A DNA stretch of 64,000 nucleotides from Candidatus Zhuqueibacterota bacterium (GCA_049322915.1 JBMOPW010000034.1:680567-744566); one strand, 5' to 3'. Shown: positions 9,246-19,332, counted from the stretch's first letter. Notes: generated from the letters alone by a model not told the origin. Made by a program: numbers and translations.

Positions 9246-9616
9246 AATTATGATTCCCGATTAAATTGCATGGATGTTTTATTAATATCAATATCGTCAT
9301 ATCTGTTGATATTTTTAAATTGACATGACATTCTTGTGCACCATTCAATCGAGTCACGCAGACACGCTTTGAGCTGATTGACGAATTAATTTTATCGCTG
9401 AAAATTTTAATAATTGAATTGAAACTTGTAAATCCTCTGCGCGTAATACGTTCATCAATTTTCTTCATCGGTAAAAGAGCCATCACTGAGTCGCGGCACC
9501 AGAAGCGACTTCTGCACGAGTTAAAGCCCGTCGAGACGATCCGCCCAGTTGCAGCGGAAAATTAAATTGGAAATTTCGAAATTGTAGAACGCACAATTAT
9601 TTTAAGGGAGGAATGA

Positions 9617-10210
9617 ATGTCGAATACAGATGGAACATCGAGAGGTCTTTTTTGGGGCGTTATTCTCATCGTCATCGGTTTATTATTTTTATTCGATCAA
9701 TGGGATTGGCTGGAAATAGGCGATCTTTGGCCGTTGATCATCATTGCGGTGGGGGTGTATTACATCATTAAAAGTCGAAATGGCATCGACGACACCCGCA
9801 GAGATCCCTCGGGATTCGGAGACCATTCAATCACCTCAGATTCCCAGCAGGTGAATTTTTCCAACAGCATGGGCGATATCAAAGTGAAAGTGACGTCCAA
9901 AAAGTTTCAGGACGGAACGATTCGCACCACATTCGGCACCATCAACGTGGATTTACAGGATATCGATATTGAGAGCGGCGAGTCAATCCTGCGGCTGGAG
10001 ACAACTTTTGGGGAGATCAAAATTCTGCCGCCACGAAACATCGCATTCATGGTCGATGCCTCCAATACCGCCGGCGATATGACAATTTTCAATGAGAAGA
10101 AAAGCGGCTGGCGTCAGGAAACACTCTACAGAACTGACACTTTTGACGCTGCCAAGAAACGATTGAAAATATCTGCCAGCCTTGTTTTCGGGGACATCAA
10201 AGTTGGGTGA
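9617..10210 (+). CDS. LiaF-like cell-envelope stress membrane protein (DUF5668 + DUF2154-like)
   Basis: FWGVILIVIGLLFL..LWPLIIIAVG N-terminus; repeated FG.I.V/L beta motifs; SD GGGAGG. Confidence 0.8.
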   Translation: MSNTDGTSRGLFWGVILIVIGLLFLFDQWDWLEIGDLWPLIIIAVGVYYIIKSRNGIDDTRRDPSGFGDHSITSDSQQVNFSNSMGDIKVKVTSKKFQDGTIRTTFGTINVDLQDIDIESGESILRLETTFGEIKILPPRNIAFMVDASNTAGDMTIFNEKKSGWRQETLYRTDTFDAAKKRLKISASLVFGDIKVG

Positions 10211-10227
10211 TGCAATATTAGCGCGAC

Positions 10228-10773
10228 TCAAATGAACAATTGAATGTTGCTATGCTGCGCTTCGGCCAGATAAGTCGTTACCCCGCAGAACTTCATGAGT
10301 GGATATGCCATCATTTCATCGCGCTGCAATCCCATGAGCCGCATTGACATTTCGCAGATGTAAATTTGAATGCCGAGGTTGCCGGCCATTTGAAGCATCT
10401 CTTCAATGGAGGCAACCTTCTTTTTTCTCATGAGATGCTTCATCATGCTCGTCCCCAGACCAGCCATGTTGAGCCGCGATAATTTCAGTCTGCTGGTTCC
10501 CTTCGGAAGCAATGCGCCAAAAATTCTGGAGAAGAAATCCTTCCGGCCCGGTTTTTTATCCCTGTCGCGCAGCGCCGATGTGGCCCAAAATGTAAAAAAC
10601 ATGGTGACCTTCATCCCGCTGGCCGCTGCGCCAGTGGCAATGACAAACGCTGCCAGCAGCTTATCCAGTTCCCCGGAAAAGACGATGAGCGACAGTTTAT
10701 TCTCGCGGCCGGCCTCCAGCTTCCCCACCCGTTCCGTTAATAGTTCAAGGCTTTTGTTCCAATCGGTGTCCAT
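10228..10773 (-). CDS. DsrE2-like (DsrE/DsrF/DrsH family) sulfur-carrier protein
   Basis: SLIVFSGELDK, ATGAAA.G..VTMFFTFW, ICEMSM.LMG, GVTTYL. Start at ATG 10773. Confidence 0.88.
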   Translation of the reverse strand: MDTDWNKSLELLTERVGKLEAGRENKLSLIVFSGELDKLLAAFVIATGAAASGMKVTMFFTFWATSALRDRDKKPGRKDFFSRIFGALLPKGTSRLKLSRLNMAGLGTSMMKHLMRKKKVASIEEMLQMAGNLGIQIYICEMSMRLMGLQRDEMMAYPLMKFCGVTTYLAEAQHSNIQLFI

Positions 10774-10851
10774 ATTTTTGCAATGTCCTTTTTTAGTGCG
10801 TTGAATCAACGCCACCCTGCTGTGTTGTGGGCGTTGGTGTCGCTGCAATGA

Positions 10852-10886
10852 GAAAACCCGGAATCAGGGCTCAATTCCGGGTTTTC
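10852..10886. terminator. Hairpin downstream of the FadL-like gene
   Basis: GAAAACCCGGAAT / ATTCCGGGTTTTC inverted repeat. Confidence 0.65.
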
Positions 10887-10932
10887 ATTTTTCTAACAAT
10901 GGAAGCACAATGATTTTGATTTTATCACGTGA

Positions 10933-12240
10933 TTAAAAATTGTATGTCATCCCAAAACTTGCAGCGATGATATTCATGCCATGGGTTCCTGGCATTTCAT
11001 ACGCGCTCTCAAATGGGATTTCTCTGTCTTCGCCCATGAGGTACTCAAAACCCAGATCCAGGCTGATTTTGCCGAGGCAATAGCTTCCGCCGGCCGTGAT
11101 GGCATTGTAGCTGACACTCGGGAAAATGATGTTCAGCGTTTCATCCGGGGCGGGCGCCGGATCATTGTAATACCCGGCTCGAACTGCCAAAACATCCGTC
11201 ACCTTGTATTGAGCGCCAAAGCGAATCTGTGTGGCGTCTTCCCAATTCAGATGCATTTCATTCTGACCGGTCTGGTTGACCTGCGCATCCCACACCGCGT
11301 CTTTGTACGTTGTCACAATCGTCTCTTCGGTTTCAGACCATTTGCTGTACTGGACGTCGGCAGTGAGGGTCAGTTTTTCAGTCGCGCAGAAAGCGATTCC
11401 GCCGCCAATCCACATGGGCCAGGCCAGATCGCGCTCATAATCCGTTTCCTCTGCATTGTACGCTTTGAACGCTGAATTGCTGGCAGTCCCTTCAAACGTC
11501 ACGGTGGTCTTCGTTTTGAAAGACAGGCCGACACTCAGTTTTTCAATCGGTTTCACCAATAAACCCAGGGAGAGACCATACCCCAGGCCGGTGCCGGATT
11601 CTTCGTACTGGGCATCCATCATGCCATCTTCGCCCGGCTGCTGCGTCATCATGTTGTAGGTGTCCATCGGCTGTTTCATATCCATCTGGCCGTAAAACAG
11701 ATTCAGCGCAGCGCCCACAGAAATTTTATCATTGACGAGATAGGCAATTCCTGGTGAGAAATTGAATACACCAATCATGCTCATCCATTCGAATGCCGTG
11801 CCCGATGGTCCGCTGAAAGCCGCAAGGTCTGCGCCATCCCATTCAGCGCCGAGTCCTGCCGGGACGAACGCGCCGATTCCGGCAAATAGCTTTTTACCGC
11901 AGAATAATGGCAGATACCCCATGGCGTTGAGGCTGATGTAATGATTCATCCGGGTCTCGGCATCCACTGAAGCGCCACCCAGGGCTGCCGGGAATGTCAC
12001 CTGATAGGTGCCCTGAGGAATAATATCGGTCGCGAAAATGGAAAATTGCGGGCCTTTGACTCGAGCCAGTCCTGCCGGATTCCAGTAAATTGCGCTGTAA
12101 TCATTTGCGAGACCGATGAACGCGCCGCCCATTCCGAGCGACCGGGTCCCGATGCTGTTCAAACTCAAACCATTTGCAAACACAGAAGTAAACGAGAAGC
12201 AAAGAAGAACTATCATGACTAACGACAAACTTTTTTTCAT
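10933..12240 (-). CDS. OmpP1/FadL/TodX-family outer-membrane channel
   Basis: Signal peptide, G.RSLGMGGAF, D.SAIYWNPAGL, VRAGYY.DP.PAP, terminal YNF. Confidence 0.9.
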   Translation of the reverse strand: MKKSLSLVMIVLLCFSFTSVFANGLSLNSIGTRSLGMGGAFIGLANDYSAIYWNPAGLARVKGPQFSIFATDIIPQGTYQVTFPAALGGASVDAETRMNHYISLNAMGYLPLFCGKKLFAGIGAFVPAGLGAEWDGADLAAFSGPSGTAFEWMSMIGVFNFSPGIAYLVNDKISVGAALNLFYGQMDMKQPMDTYNMMTQQPGEDGMMDAQYEESGTGLGYGLSLGLLVKPIEKLSVGLSFKTKTTVTFEGTASNSAFKAYNAEETDYERDLAWPMWIGGGIAFCATEKLTLTADVQYSKWSETEETIVTTYKDAVWDAQVNQTGQNEMHLNWEDATQIRFGAQYKVTDVLAVRAGYYNDPAPAPDETLNIIFPSVSYNAITAGGSYCLGKISLDLGFEYLMGEDREIPFESAYEMPGTHGMNIIAASFGMTYNF

Positions 12241-12423
12241 TCAATCCTCCTGAAGTTAATGGACCTGATTAATAAATTTCAACAAAGCCAAACTGCGAAC
12301 CGCTCACCTCCTTTCGGAATGTGCACTTCGTATTCTGTTGTGATTACCGTAGGCAGGTCTGGTACTCATCCCGATTGGGACAAGCATGACTCCCCCTTCC
12401 ATTTCTTTGAAACTGAATTTGAA

Positions 12424-12606
12424 TAGTGTTTGTCCTAAAATTGCAAATATTGACCTCACCCCAGCCCTCTCCTAAAAGGAAAGGGAGAACAGATGTTCCC
12501 CTTCTTGCCCGTAGGGTAAGAAGGGGTTCAGGGGATGAGGTCTGACGGAATGAAGTTTGAAAATATCAACCCCATAGCTAATTCAGGTGTTTTCGGGCAG
12601 ACACTA
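12424..12606. mobile_element. Miniature inverted-repeat element, family C copy 1 (183 bp)
   Basis: Ends TAGTGTTTGTCCTAAAA / TTTTCGGGCAGACACTA; internal CCCC..CCCTCTCC/GGGAGA and CCCCTTCTT/AAGAAGGGG palindromes; inverted homologue at 57516-57697. Confidence 0.85.
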
Positions 12607-12717
12607 AATAGACCTCTGATCAGGAATTGCCACGTACTGGCTGCCCACGAACTCCCGATTTTAGTCGGGGCGAAAACAGACTCCATGCCTGGCGATTTGT
12701 CACCACGACCATTTCGG

Positions 12718-13341
12718 CTAACAACCTCCGCCGGTCTTTTTCTTTTTGGTCTTCATCGTCGTAATTGCTTTGGGTTTTGCGCTCGACGCAGCATCGGACT
12801 GAACCTCCAATTGGCCACCGCCCAAATCCGAAGCAATGGCCGCTTTGGTTTGATAGAGCAATATTTCATCATTGGATGCCAGCGCGCCGGGTTTTTCCGG
12901 GTTCAAAATTTCTTTGTTCCAATAATTCAAACCGCCTTCAAGCACAACCACGTCCCTGATTCCGGCGGCATGCAGCACAACCCACGCCTGAGATGCATTG
13001 GAGATGCCGTTGGAATACAAAATGATCAACTTGTTCGGGGAAAGATTTTCGATCGATTCCGGCGTCAGCAATTCCGGCAGCGGCATATTGATGGCCGATT
13101 TGATGTGTCCCTGCTGAAACGCTTCGGAAGAACGCACATCAATCAGAACGAAATCCGTATTGCCTTCCACAATCATTTGGGACACAGCTTCCGGACTGAT
13201 GCGGTCTTCACTGCTCGCGATGGTTTTGGCCAGTTCCTGCGCATTGAGTTTGATCTGTCGATTTTGTACCGGCAAAAAGGCCAGGATGAGTCCCAGCACC
13301 AGAGCGATTAAAATGCCGATTTGTTTGCCTTTCAATGTCAT
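12718..13341 (-). CDS. Membrane-anchored rhodanese-like protein with C-terminal KKKKTGGGC tail
   Basis: LIDVRS...F..GHI..AIN, LEGGLNYW; active-site loop YSNG lacks Cys. Start at ATG 13341. Confidence 0.85.
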   Translation of the reverse strand: MTLKGKQIGILIALVLGLILAFLPVQNRQIKLNAQELAKTIASSEDRISPEAVSQMIVEGNTDFVLIDVRSSEAFQQGHIKSAINMPLPELLTPESIENLSPNKLIILYSNGISNASQAWVVLHAAGIRDVVVLEGGLNYWNKEILNPEKPGALASNDEILLYQTKAAIASDLGGGQLEVQSDAASSAKPKAITTMKTKKKKTGGGC

Positions 13342-13345
13342 AGAA

Positions 13346-13939
13346 TCACCTCGATTTATTAAATTTACCTTCCAGTTTTTCAGCGCCATAAAATCCGGCG
13401 AGCGCCATGAGCACGATGCCAAAGGCGATTATTCCGGGCCGAATGCCCAGCAATTTATCCAGTGTGAACGTATCGCCCAAAAATCCTGCGATGAAGAGCG
13501 GTTCCAGCAGAAAGAACAGTTCGGAGAATGCGAATATCCCGGCGAACACGCCGAGCAAAAACATGATGCCATCGATTTTCATCGTGGCGCAGGCGACCAA
13601 TCCGGTGCCGGGGCAATAACCGCCGATGATGAATCCAAATCCCAGAATCAACCCGCCGATGATTTGCGGCCAGAGATAGGTTGGATTGATGAAGATGAGT
13701 TTCAAGTCCAGCCAGCCAAATGCATTGAAATAGTAAATGCCGATCATGGCGACTACGATCGCGGTGAACATGACTTTGAACACGGTCATGTCGGTGAAAT
13801 AAAATTGCGCCGCCAGTTTGCGCGCGTTTCCAAAGCCGGCCCGTTCCAGTATAAATCCGAAGCCGATGCCAATGAGAAATGCCAGCACAAAGCCGGTCAT
13901 TTCGCTGAAGAAATCCATCTGTGATAATGGTGCAAACAT
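13346..13939 (-). CDS. YeeE/YedE-family sulfur-compound transporter (second half-type)
   Basis: GIGFGFILERAGF, DMTVFKVMF, GFIIGGYCPG. Confidence 0.9.
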   Translation of the reverse strand: MFAPLSQMDFFSEMTGFVLAFLIGIGFGFILERAGFGNARKLAAQFYFTDMTVFKVMFTAIVVAMIGIYYFNAFGWLDLKLIFINPTYLWPQIIGGLILGFGFIIGGYCPGTGLVACATMKIDGIMFLLGVFAGIFAFSELFFLLEPLFIAGFLGDTFTLDKLLGIRPGIIAFGIVLMALAGFYGAEKLEGKFNKSR

Positions 13940-13984
13940 AGGTTCCTCGTTAATTTATATTTGAGTGCTTCAAATTCTGGTGAG

Positions 13985-14497
13985 TTAGATCCATTGTTTT
14001 CTCAAAAAATAAGCCAGCATGTACGCGCCGACGAACACCATCATCATAAACGCCCAGCTACCAACAGCGAGCGTTGCGCCGCCGCTCAGCGCCTGTCCGC
14101 TGGTGCAGCCTCGCGCCAGCGACGCGCCAAACCCCATCAATCCCCCTCCGACAAACGCCAGGGCCAATCGAGTTTTATCGGTGACGTGTGGGCCGCGTTC
14201 GATTTTCCATTTCAAACGTCCGGCCAACGCGCCGGAGATGAGTCCTCCCACCAGCACGCCGAGCACCTCGTACACGAGCCAATCTTTCATGGGGCCGCCG
14301 CTCTCCGAGAAATAAGATCCCATGAAATGATTCTTTTCAGTATGGGCCGGAGCCACCTGATGTTCCACAGCAGCGACCGCGCGTTTGAATGCGCCGGATG
14401 CGCCCAGTCCGCGCCCGGCTATGACATAGGCAGCTAACAGCACCAGTCCCAGCAGAACGCCGGCAATGTAAGGCGACCAATATTTTTGTTGTTCCAT
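13985..14497 (-). CDS. YeeE/YedE-family sulfur-compound transporter (first half-type)
   Basis: WSPYIAGVLLG, GLGASG, GFGASLARGCTSGQALSG. Confidence 0.9.
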   Translation of the reverse strand: MEQQKYWSPYIAGVLLGLVLLAAYVIAGRGLGASGAFKRAVAAVEHQVAPAHTEKNHFMGSYFSESGGPMKDWLVYEVLGVLVGGLISGALAGRLKWKIERGPHVTDKTRLALAFVGGGLMGFGASLARGCTSGQALSGGATLAVGSWAFMMMVFVGAYMLAYFLRKQWI

Positions 14498-14546
14498 TTC
14501 ATTTCCCTCAGTATCAATTTTCTGTCATTCGATTTCTATCAATGAA

Positions 14547-15512
14547 TTAATAAGGAATCCAGGTGGACATCTGTCCGGCCTGGACCATCAAAAATCGCAG
14601 GAGGATTCCACCCAACAGCACGAAGACCGGCGAGAGAAAGCCCGGCATGTGTTTTCCCCTGATCTCGTGCAATTCCAGAAATGCAGGGAGAACCAATCCC
14701 AGCATGACGATGAAAATCCAGAAGAAAGCAGTGAGTGGACCGCCCAGAATAAGTTTGGCCGCTTCCTGCGTAATGGCCGGTCCGGTGACCTGCTCGATGA
14801 TGAGCAGGAGAAGGAACAGCATTTCCGTGAGAATCAAACCCAAATCAATTTTCTGGAATAGCGCTATCTCCTTTTTCTCCCGAGAAAGCAGAATAACCAA
14901 TGCCGCAGCCGTGGATAAACCGGAGACTAAAAACAGGGGGCCCAGTATAGCAGAATTCCAGAACGGCCTCGCGGCGAACGCTCCCAGCAAAATGCCGGTG
15001 TAAACACCCACGAACAGACCAACGAACAGATTGATCCAGGCAATAGGGCGAGTGAATTTGGACAGCCAGTTCAGGATGCTATCTGCGCGGGGAATTCTGG
15101 TCACTATCTGATTGCTGTAAAATTCAGGGAAGCCCTGTCGCAGTTGGGTTAAAATGAACAATAAATTGAACGGATAGAATACGATCAGAATCCAGGCGCC
15201 CCAGGACATGGGCGCGGACGGCCGAAACGTCAGGTACATCTGGTAGACGCGAATTTTATTTTCCAGATCGAGCAGCAGCGCCAACATTCCCGCACTGAGC
15301 AGGATCGGCGCCAACAGTGGCATCCGCGAGGCGGCCAGCGGCATCTCTTTTGATTTATTCAAAAGGACAAGCAGCGCCGAAAGCGCCACAATGCCGGCCA
15401 CCAGTCCTCCTAAAAACAAATACACAGGAATTTCCCAGCCCCAGATATGCAGCGATGGATCAATGAGATGGTTCAATTTTCCACTTGTAATTTCTATTTC
15501 TTCCATTGGCAT
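14547..15512 (-). CDS. psrC: NrfD/PsrC-family membrane anchor (polysulfide reductase subunit C)
   Basis: WGWEIPVYLFLGGL.AG, LLLDL, PMSWGAW, YTGILL...ARPFWN, LGG..LR. Confidence 0.88.
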   Translation of the reverse strand: MPMEEIEITSGKLNHLIDPSLHIWGWEIPVYLFLGGLVAGIVALSALLVLLNKSKEMPLAASRMPLLAPILLSAGMLALLLDLENKIRVYQMYLTFRPSAPMSWGAWILIVFYPFNLLFILTQLRQGFPEFYSNQIVTRIPRADSILNWLSKFTRPIAWINLFVGLFVGVYTGILLGAFAARPFWNSAILGPLFLVSGLSTAAALVILLSREKKEIALFQKIDLGLILTEMLFLLLLIIEQVTGPAITQEAAKLILGGPLTAFFWIFIVMLGLVLPAFLELHEIRGKHMPGFLSPVFVLLGGILLRFLMVQAGQMSTWIPY

Positions 15513-15699
15513 TCCTTACAATAATATTGAATTGTGTATTTGATACGATTTAATGCTGTTGAAAAAGTCACTGCGGACGAACCCGGCAGCACTCCGAGAG
15601 AATCTTCGGACTCCCCCATCTGTCTGTTATAACGTAACCTGATAATGCCAGTTAACTCTCAGTTCGACCCGGTGACAATTTTAAAAACAAGTAACCGGA

Positions 15700-16239
15700 T
15701 CAGATCAAATAATAAACCTGGGGACCCGTGCCGGTGGAGGGCTGAATGACTTTCCATTTTCTGGAATTCAGCAGACGACTCACTTCGCTGTTGGGTTGGT
15801 TCAGGTCGCCGAAATACAAACAACGGGTCGGACAGACCGAGACGCACGCAGGCAGCTTGCCTTCTTTCAAGCGATGCTCGCAGAACGTGCATTTATCCAC
15901 CCAGCCTTCCGGATGGACGTAACGCGCATCGTAGGGACAGGCGGCGATGCATGCTTTGCAGCCAATGCATTTGCTGTGTTCCACCAGCGTGATGTTGGAA
16001 TCAGATTCGATGTAACTGGCCCCGGTCGGACAGGCATGCACGCACGGAGGATGCTCGCAGTGATTGCATCGTTCCGAACGTATCTCCAGGCTCAGTTCGG
16101 GAAACTTGCCGTGAGTCTCCTCGACAATCCAATCGCGATGAAATCCATCAGGGGTTTGATTTTCTGTCTTGCAGGCCACAATGCAATCCGTACATCCCAC
16201 GCATTTTTTGGTATCGATCACCATCGCATAACGCGCCAT
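15700..16239 (-). CDS. psrB: 4Fe-4S dicluster subunit (PsrB/PhsB/NrfC-like)
   Basis: CVGC..C..AC, CNHC..PPCV..CP, CIGC..C..ACPY, KCTFC...PACV..CP. Confidence 0.9.
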   Translation of the reverse strand: MARYAMVIDTKKCVGCTDCIVACKTENQTPDGFHRDWIVEETHGKFPELSLEIRSERCNHCEHPPCVHACPTGASYIESDSNITLVEHSKCIGCKACIAACPYDARYVHPEGWVDKCTFCEHRLKEGKLPACVSVCPTRCLYFGDLNQPNSEVSRLLNSRKWKVIQPSTGTGPQVYYLI

Positions 16240-18452
16240 TATACTCCCTCCATCTTAAACGTCACAAAATTTCCCCGCATGCCGGTCCCGCCCATGATTG
16301 GATCCATCAATACTTTTGTAATCAGCATATTGTCATCTGCGCCTTTCAGGTAGGATCGCGCCATCTGTTTTTGCGTATGGCCAAATCCATGCACCATGTA
16401 GACGCAGTCATTCCTGATGCGTTGAGTGACTTTCGCCTTGATGCGATTGCTCACCACACCGTCCTGGTTCTCCAGCCGGACATAGGCGCCGGGTTTGATT
16501 CCCCACTCTTTAGCCACCGATTCGCTGATCCACACTTCATTCTCATTTTTCACCTGGGTGAGAATGGGATTGTTGGTGGTTCGGCTGAACGTATGCATGG
16601 GCGCGCGGCCGTAAATCAACCGATAATACCCTTCCGGCGGTTCTTCGTGTTTGGTGTATTTCGGGATGGGATCGAACCCGTATTGTTCGAGTTGAGTTGA
16701 GTATAATTCGATTTTGCCGGATGGCGTGTAAAATTCGTAATCTTCACCATCCAGGCCGTACAGCGGCGAATCCCAGTCAAATCGCTTGAGGCCGATTTTT
16801 TTCATTTCCTCCAACGAAGTCCCCATCTGCTTCAGGCGATAATCGAGGAATTCTTCAATATCCTGCCACGGAAAATATTCGCTGAGATTGAGCTTGTCTG
16901 CCAATTGCTTCACCATCCACCAGGCCGGCCTGGAATCCCAACGCGGCTGGAATACGGGCGCCCTCAGTGCGACTGTGGGAAACCGTTCCTGCAGAATGCG
17001 CAGATCATCGTACCGTTCGAGGTACGTGCATTCCGGAAGCACGACGTCGGCCCAGCCGGTGATCTCCGTCGGCATCACGTCAATGGCCACCAGCAAGTCC
17101 AGCGCCTGAATTGCCTGCATCGTCTTGTTCACGTCCGGGATGGTCAGCGGAATGTTCACGCCGTACACAAACCAGCCCTTGATATTGCACTCGTTCTCCA
17201 CCGAGGGCACTGTGGCGTCGCACAACCCGGATGACAGCACCAGCGACGCCAACGGGTATTTATCCGGATAAACGCTGCGCCAATCGCGCTTGGGCGCCGG
17301 CGGCTTGGGCGCCGGATAATCAACTTCATCCAATTTTGCCGGGAAATAGAATCCGCCTTTTCGGCCCCAGCTTCCCAGCAGCGCATTGATGATAGCACTG
17401 GCGCGCACCCGCTGCGTATCATCGCCGTACCAGGTGACATGCCGTCCCGGATGCACAATGACGCGTGGGGCAGCATGGCCCATTTCCCGCGCCGTCTTGC
17501 GAATGACGTCGGGCCGAATGGTTGTAATCGGGTAGGCCCATTCCGGCGTGTAGGTTTTAACCGTCGCTTTCAACACATCAAAACCATAGGTATATTTTTC
17601 AACATAGGCTTTATCGTATAATTCCTCTTCGATGATCACATTTATCCAGGCCAGCAACAATGCCATGTCCGTCGCCGGCTTGATCGGCAACCAGTATTTG
17701 GATTTGCTGGCCGCGACAGAAAAACGGGGATCCACGGTGATGATGGTTGCGCCGCGTTCGATAGCTTCAGCAAATTCCTGCACCTGACTATTGTGCATAT
17801 TCTCGCCGAGGTGGGAACCGATCAAGACGAGACAATCGGTATTTTTGATGTCGGTATTGGGCGGCGAACCAACCTGTTCGCCAAAGGTCAGCATATAGGC
17901 ATCCTCGCGGGGACCGCGGCATTGGGCATAAGAAGGCGCCGCTACGTTGGTGGAGCCCCAGGCATTGATCAGCTTTTTGAAAAACGTACCGCCCGCTCCG
18001 TGAGTGAACAGCGCCACGCATTCCCGGCCGTGTTCCTTTTCAATCTTGTACAACTTCTCGGCAATATAATCGAACGCCTCGTCCCAGGTCGCTTCCCGGA
18101 ATGTCTGCTTCCCGCGCGCCTCGGTTCGAATCAGGGGCACTTTCAATCGGTCATCATCCATGTACGCGCCCATGCCGCCGCTTCCCCGAGGACAAAGCCG
18201 GCCGCGACACATGGGATCGTCCTCGTGGCCTTCGATCTTCCACGGCTGGTTATCTTTCTTCACAGCCCAGGCAGCACATTTCCAGAAACAAATCTCGCAA
18301 TAGGTTGGGACACGTTCAATGATAGGTCCATTTTGCGAACCAGCGCTGCCGAAAAGGTTGAACGGCTCAAACAGCCGCGCCCCGAACGCTGCTCCGCTTA
18401 ATCCAAGCGAGGAGATTTTAATGAAATCACGTCGATTCACTTTTTTGGGCAT
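16239..18452 (-). CDS. psrA: Molybdopterin oxidoreductase catalytic subunit, PsrA/PhsA-like, Tat-exported
   Basis: Tat motif NRRDFIK; CEICFWKC...LCPRG Fe-S motif; SYAQC (candidate Mo ligand); ADVVLPE.TYLER. Polysulfide versus thiosulfate specificity cannot be resolved. Start at ATG 18452. Confidence 0.85.
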   Translation of the reverse strand: MPKKVNRRDFIKISSLGLSGAAFGARLFEPFNLFGSAGSQNGPIIERVPTYCEICFWKCAAWAVKKDNQPWKIEGHEDDPMCRGRLCPRGSGGMGAYMDDDRLKVPLIRTEARGKQTFREATWDEAFDYIAEKLYKIEKEHGRECVALFTHGAGGTFFKKLINAWGSTNVAAPSYAQCRGPREDAYMLTFGEQVGSPPNTDIKNTDCLVLIGSHLGENMHNSQVQEFAEAIERGATIITVDPRFSVAASKSKYWLPIKPATDMALLLAWINVIIEEELYDKAYVEKYTYGFDVLKATVKTYTPEWAYPITTIRPDVIRKTAREMGHAAPRVIVHPGRHVTWYGDDTQRVRASAIINALLGSWGRKGGFYFPAKLDEVDYPAPKPPAPKRDWRSVYPDKYPLASLVLSSGLCDATVPSVENECNIKGWFVYGVNIPLTIPDVNKTMQAIQALDLLVAIDVMPTEITGWADVVLPECTYLERYDDLRILQERFPTVALRAPVFQPRWDSRPAWWMVKQLADKLNLSEYFPWQDIEEFLDYRLKQMGTSLEEMKKIGLKRFDWDSPLYGLDGEDYEFYTPSGKIELYSTQLEQYGFDPIPKYTKHEEPPEGYYRLIYGRAPMHTFSRTTNNPILTQVKNENEVWISESVAKEWGIKPGAYVRLENQDGVVSNRIKAKVTQRIRNDCVYMVHGFGHTQKQMARSYLKGADDNMLITKVLMDPIMGGTGMRGNFVTFKMEGV

Positions 18453-18842
18453 GATGTTTCCTATTCGCTTTTTTTGTTCACACCGATCTATGAATTTTTG
18501 CAACGCTTCTGCATCAACGCCTCAATGGCATTAAGAAGAAGAAATATCCGAAATAATCGATTCTGACAACTGAATTTGATTTTATAAATTCGAATATCAC
18601 ATGGTAAGAATGAGTCTACGCTAAAAAGGGGTTAAAGCCCAAAAATCAAAGGTAACTTTCTGTTCCCGACTTAAAAGTCGCGGCTATTCAAAGTATATAA
18701 GTTTACAAATGCTCTCTTCGACTCTCAACATTGCAGCCCGTGAAACGGGTTGCGATCAGACCTCCGGCTATCGGCTACATCCTTATCAGACTTAATAGTT
18801 ATTCGAGGCATTAATTTATTATGCCATTTTTTAATATACTTA

Positions 18843-18863
18843 ATAGTTGACATTATCAACAAT
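18843..18863. promoter_or_regulatory. Putative MarR operator upstream of psrA-like operon
   Basis: ATAGTTGACATTATCAACAAT imperfect palindrome; near-copy at 19481-19501. Confidence 0.65.
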
Positions 18864-18876
18864 TTATCAAAAAAAA

Positions 18877-19332
18877 TTATTCCAGGGACAACCAATTTTG
18901 CACAGCGTGGTTGAGCTGCTCCAGCACCTGTATCATCGATTTTTGATACTCGGCCGGGATATTCTGCATAATTTGTTCGTGAATTTTTTGATAATCCCTG
19001 ATGAGCTTTTTGGACAGATCCATTCCGGCGCCTGTGAGGGACAGGTTGTACACGCGGCGATCCGTCTCTCCAATATCACGGTTTACCAGCTTCTTACGAA
19101 CCAGGCCATCGACGATGCGGGTCACCCGGCTGCTGGTCAGCGACATTTTCTGGGCTAAGTGATTCACTGTCAGACTTTCATGCTCGTACAGCGTGCGCAA
19201 ACAGCGGAACTCCACAATGGAGACGCCGTACTTGGCCACATGCCGATTTTCTTTCTCATTGCAGTTTACAAATAACCGCGAGATGACTTCGGCGAGCTTG
19301 ACTGAATCCGGTTGGGAGAACGATTCGGACAT
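18877..19332 (-). CDS. MarR-family transcriptional regulator
   Basis: LTVNHLAQKMSLTSSRVTRIVDGL..K.LV.R....DRR...LSLT..G winged helix. Confidence 0.92.
   Translation of the reverse strand: MSESFSQPDSVKLAEVISRLFVNCNEKENRHVAKYGVSIVEFRCLRTLYEHESLTVNHLAQKMSLTSSRVTRIVDGLVRKKLVNRDIGETDRRVYNLSLTGAGMDLSKKLIRDYQKIHEQIMQNIPAEYQKSMIQVLEQLNHAVQNWLSLE

Noticed and set aside
15556..15689. Possible degenerate element between psrB and psrC (TGTTGAAAAAGTCAC / GTGACAATTTTAAAAACA)
   Set aside because: Single copy with poorly matching ends; not enough support.
10228..18452. Selenocysteine recoding in the sulfur cluster
   Set aside because: Expected positions are ordinary Cys and no reading frame is interrupted by TGA.
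18730..18780. Hairpin GCAGCCCGTGAAACGGGTTGC followed by ACCTCCGG, reminiscent of Moco or c-di-GMP-I riboswitch parts
   Set aside because: The resemblance is on the strand opposite to psrA and other conserved elements are missing; a cmscan would settle it.
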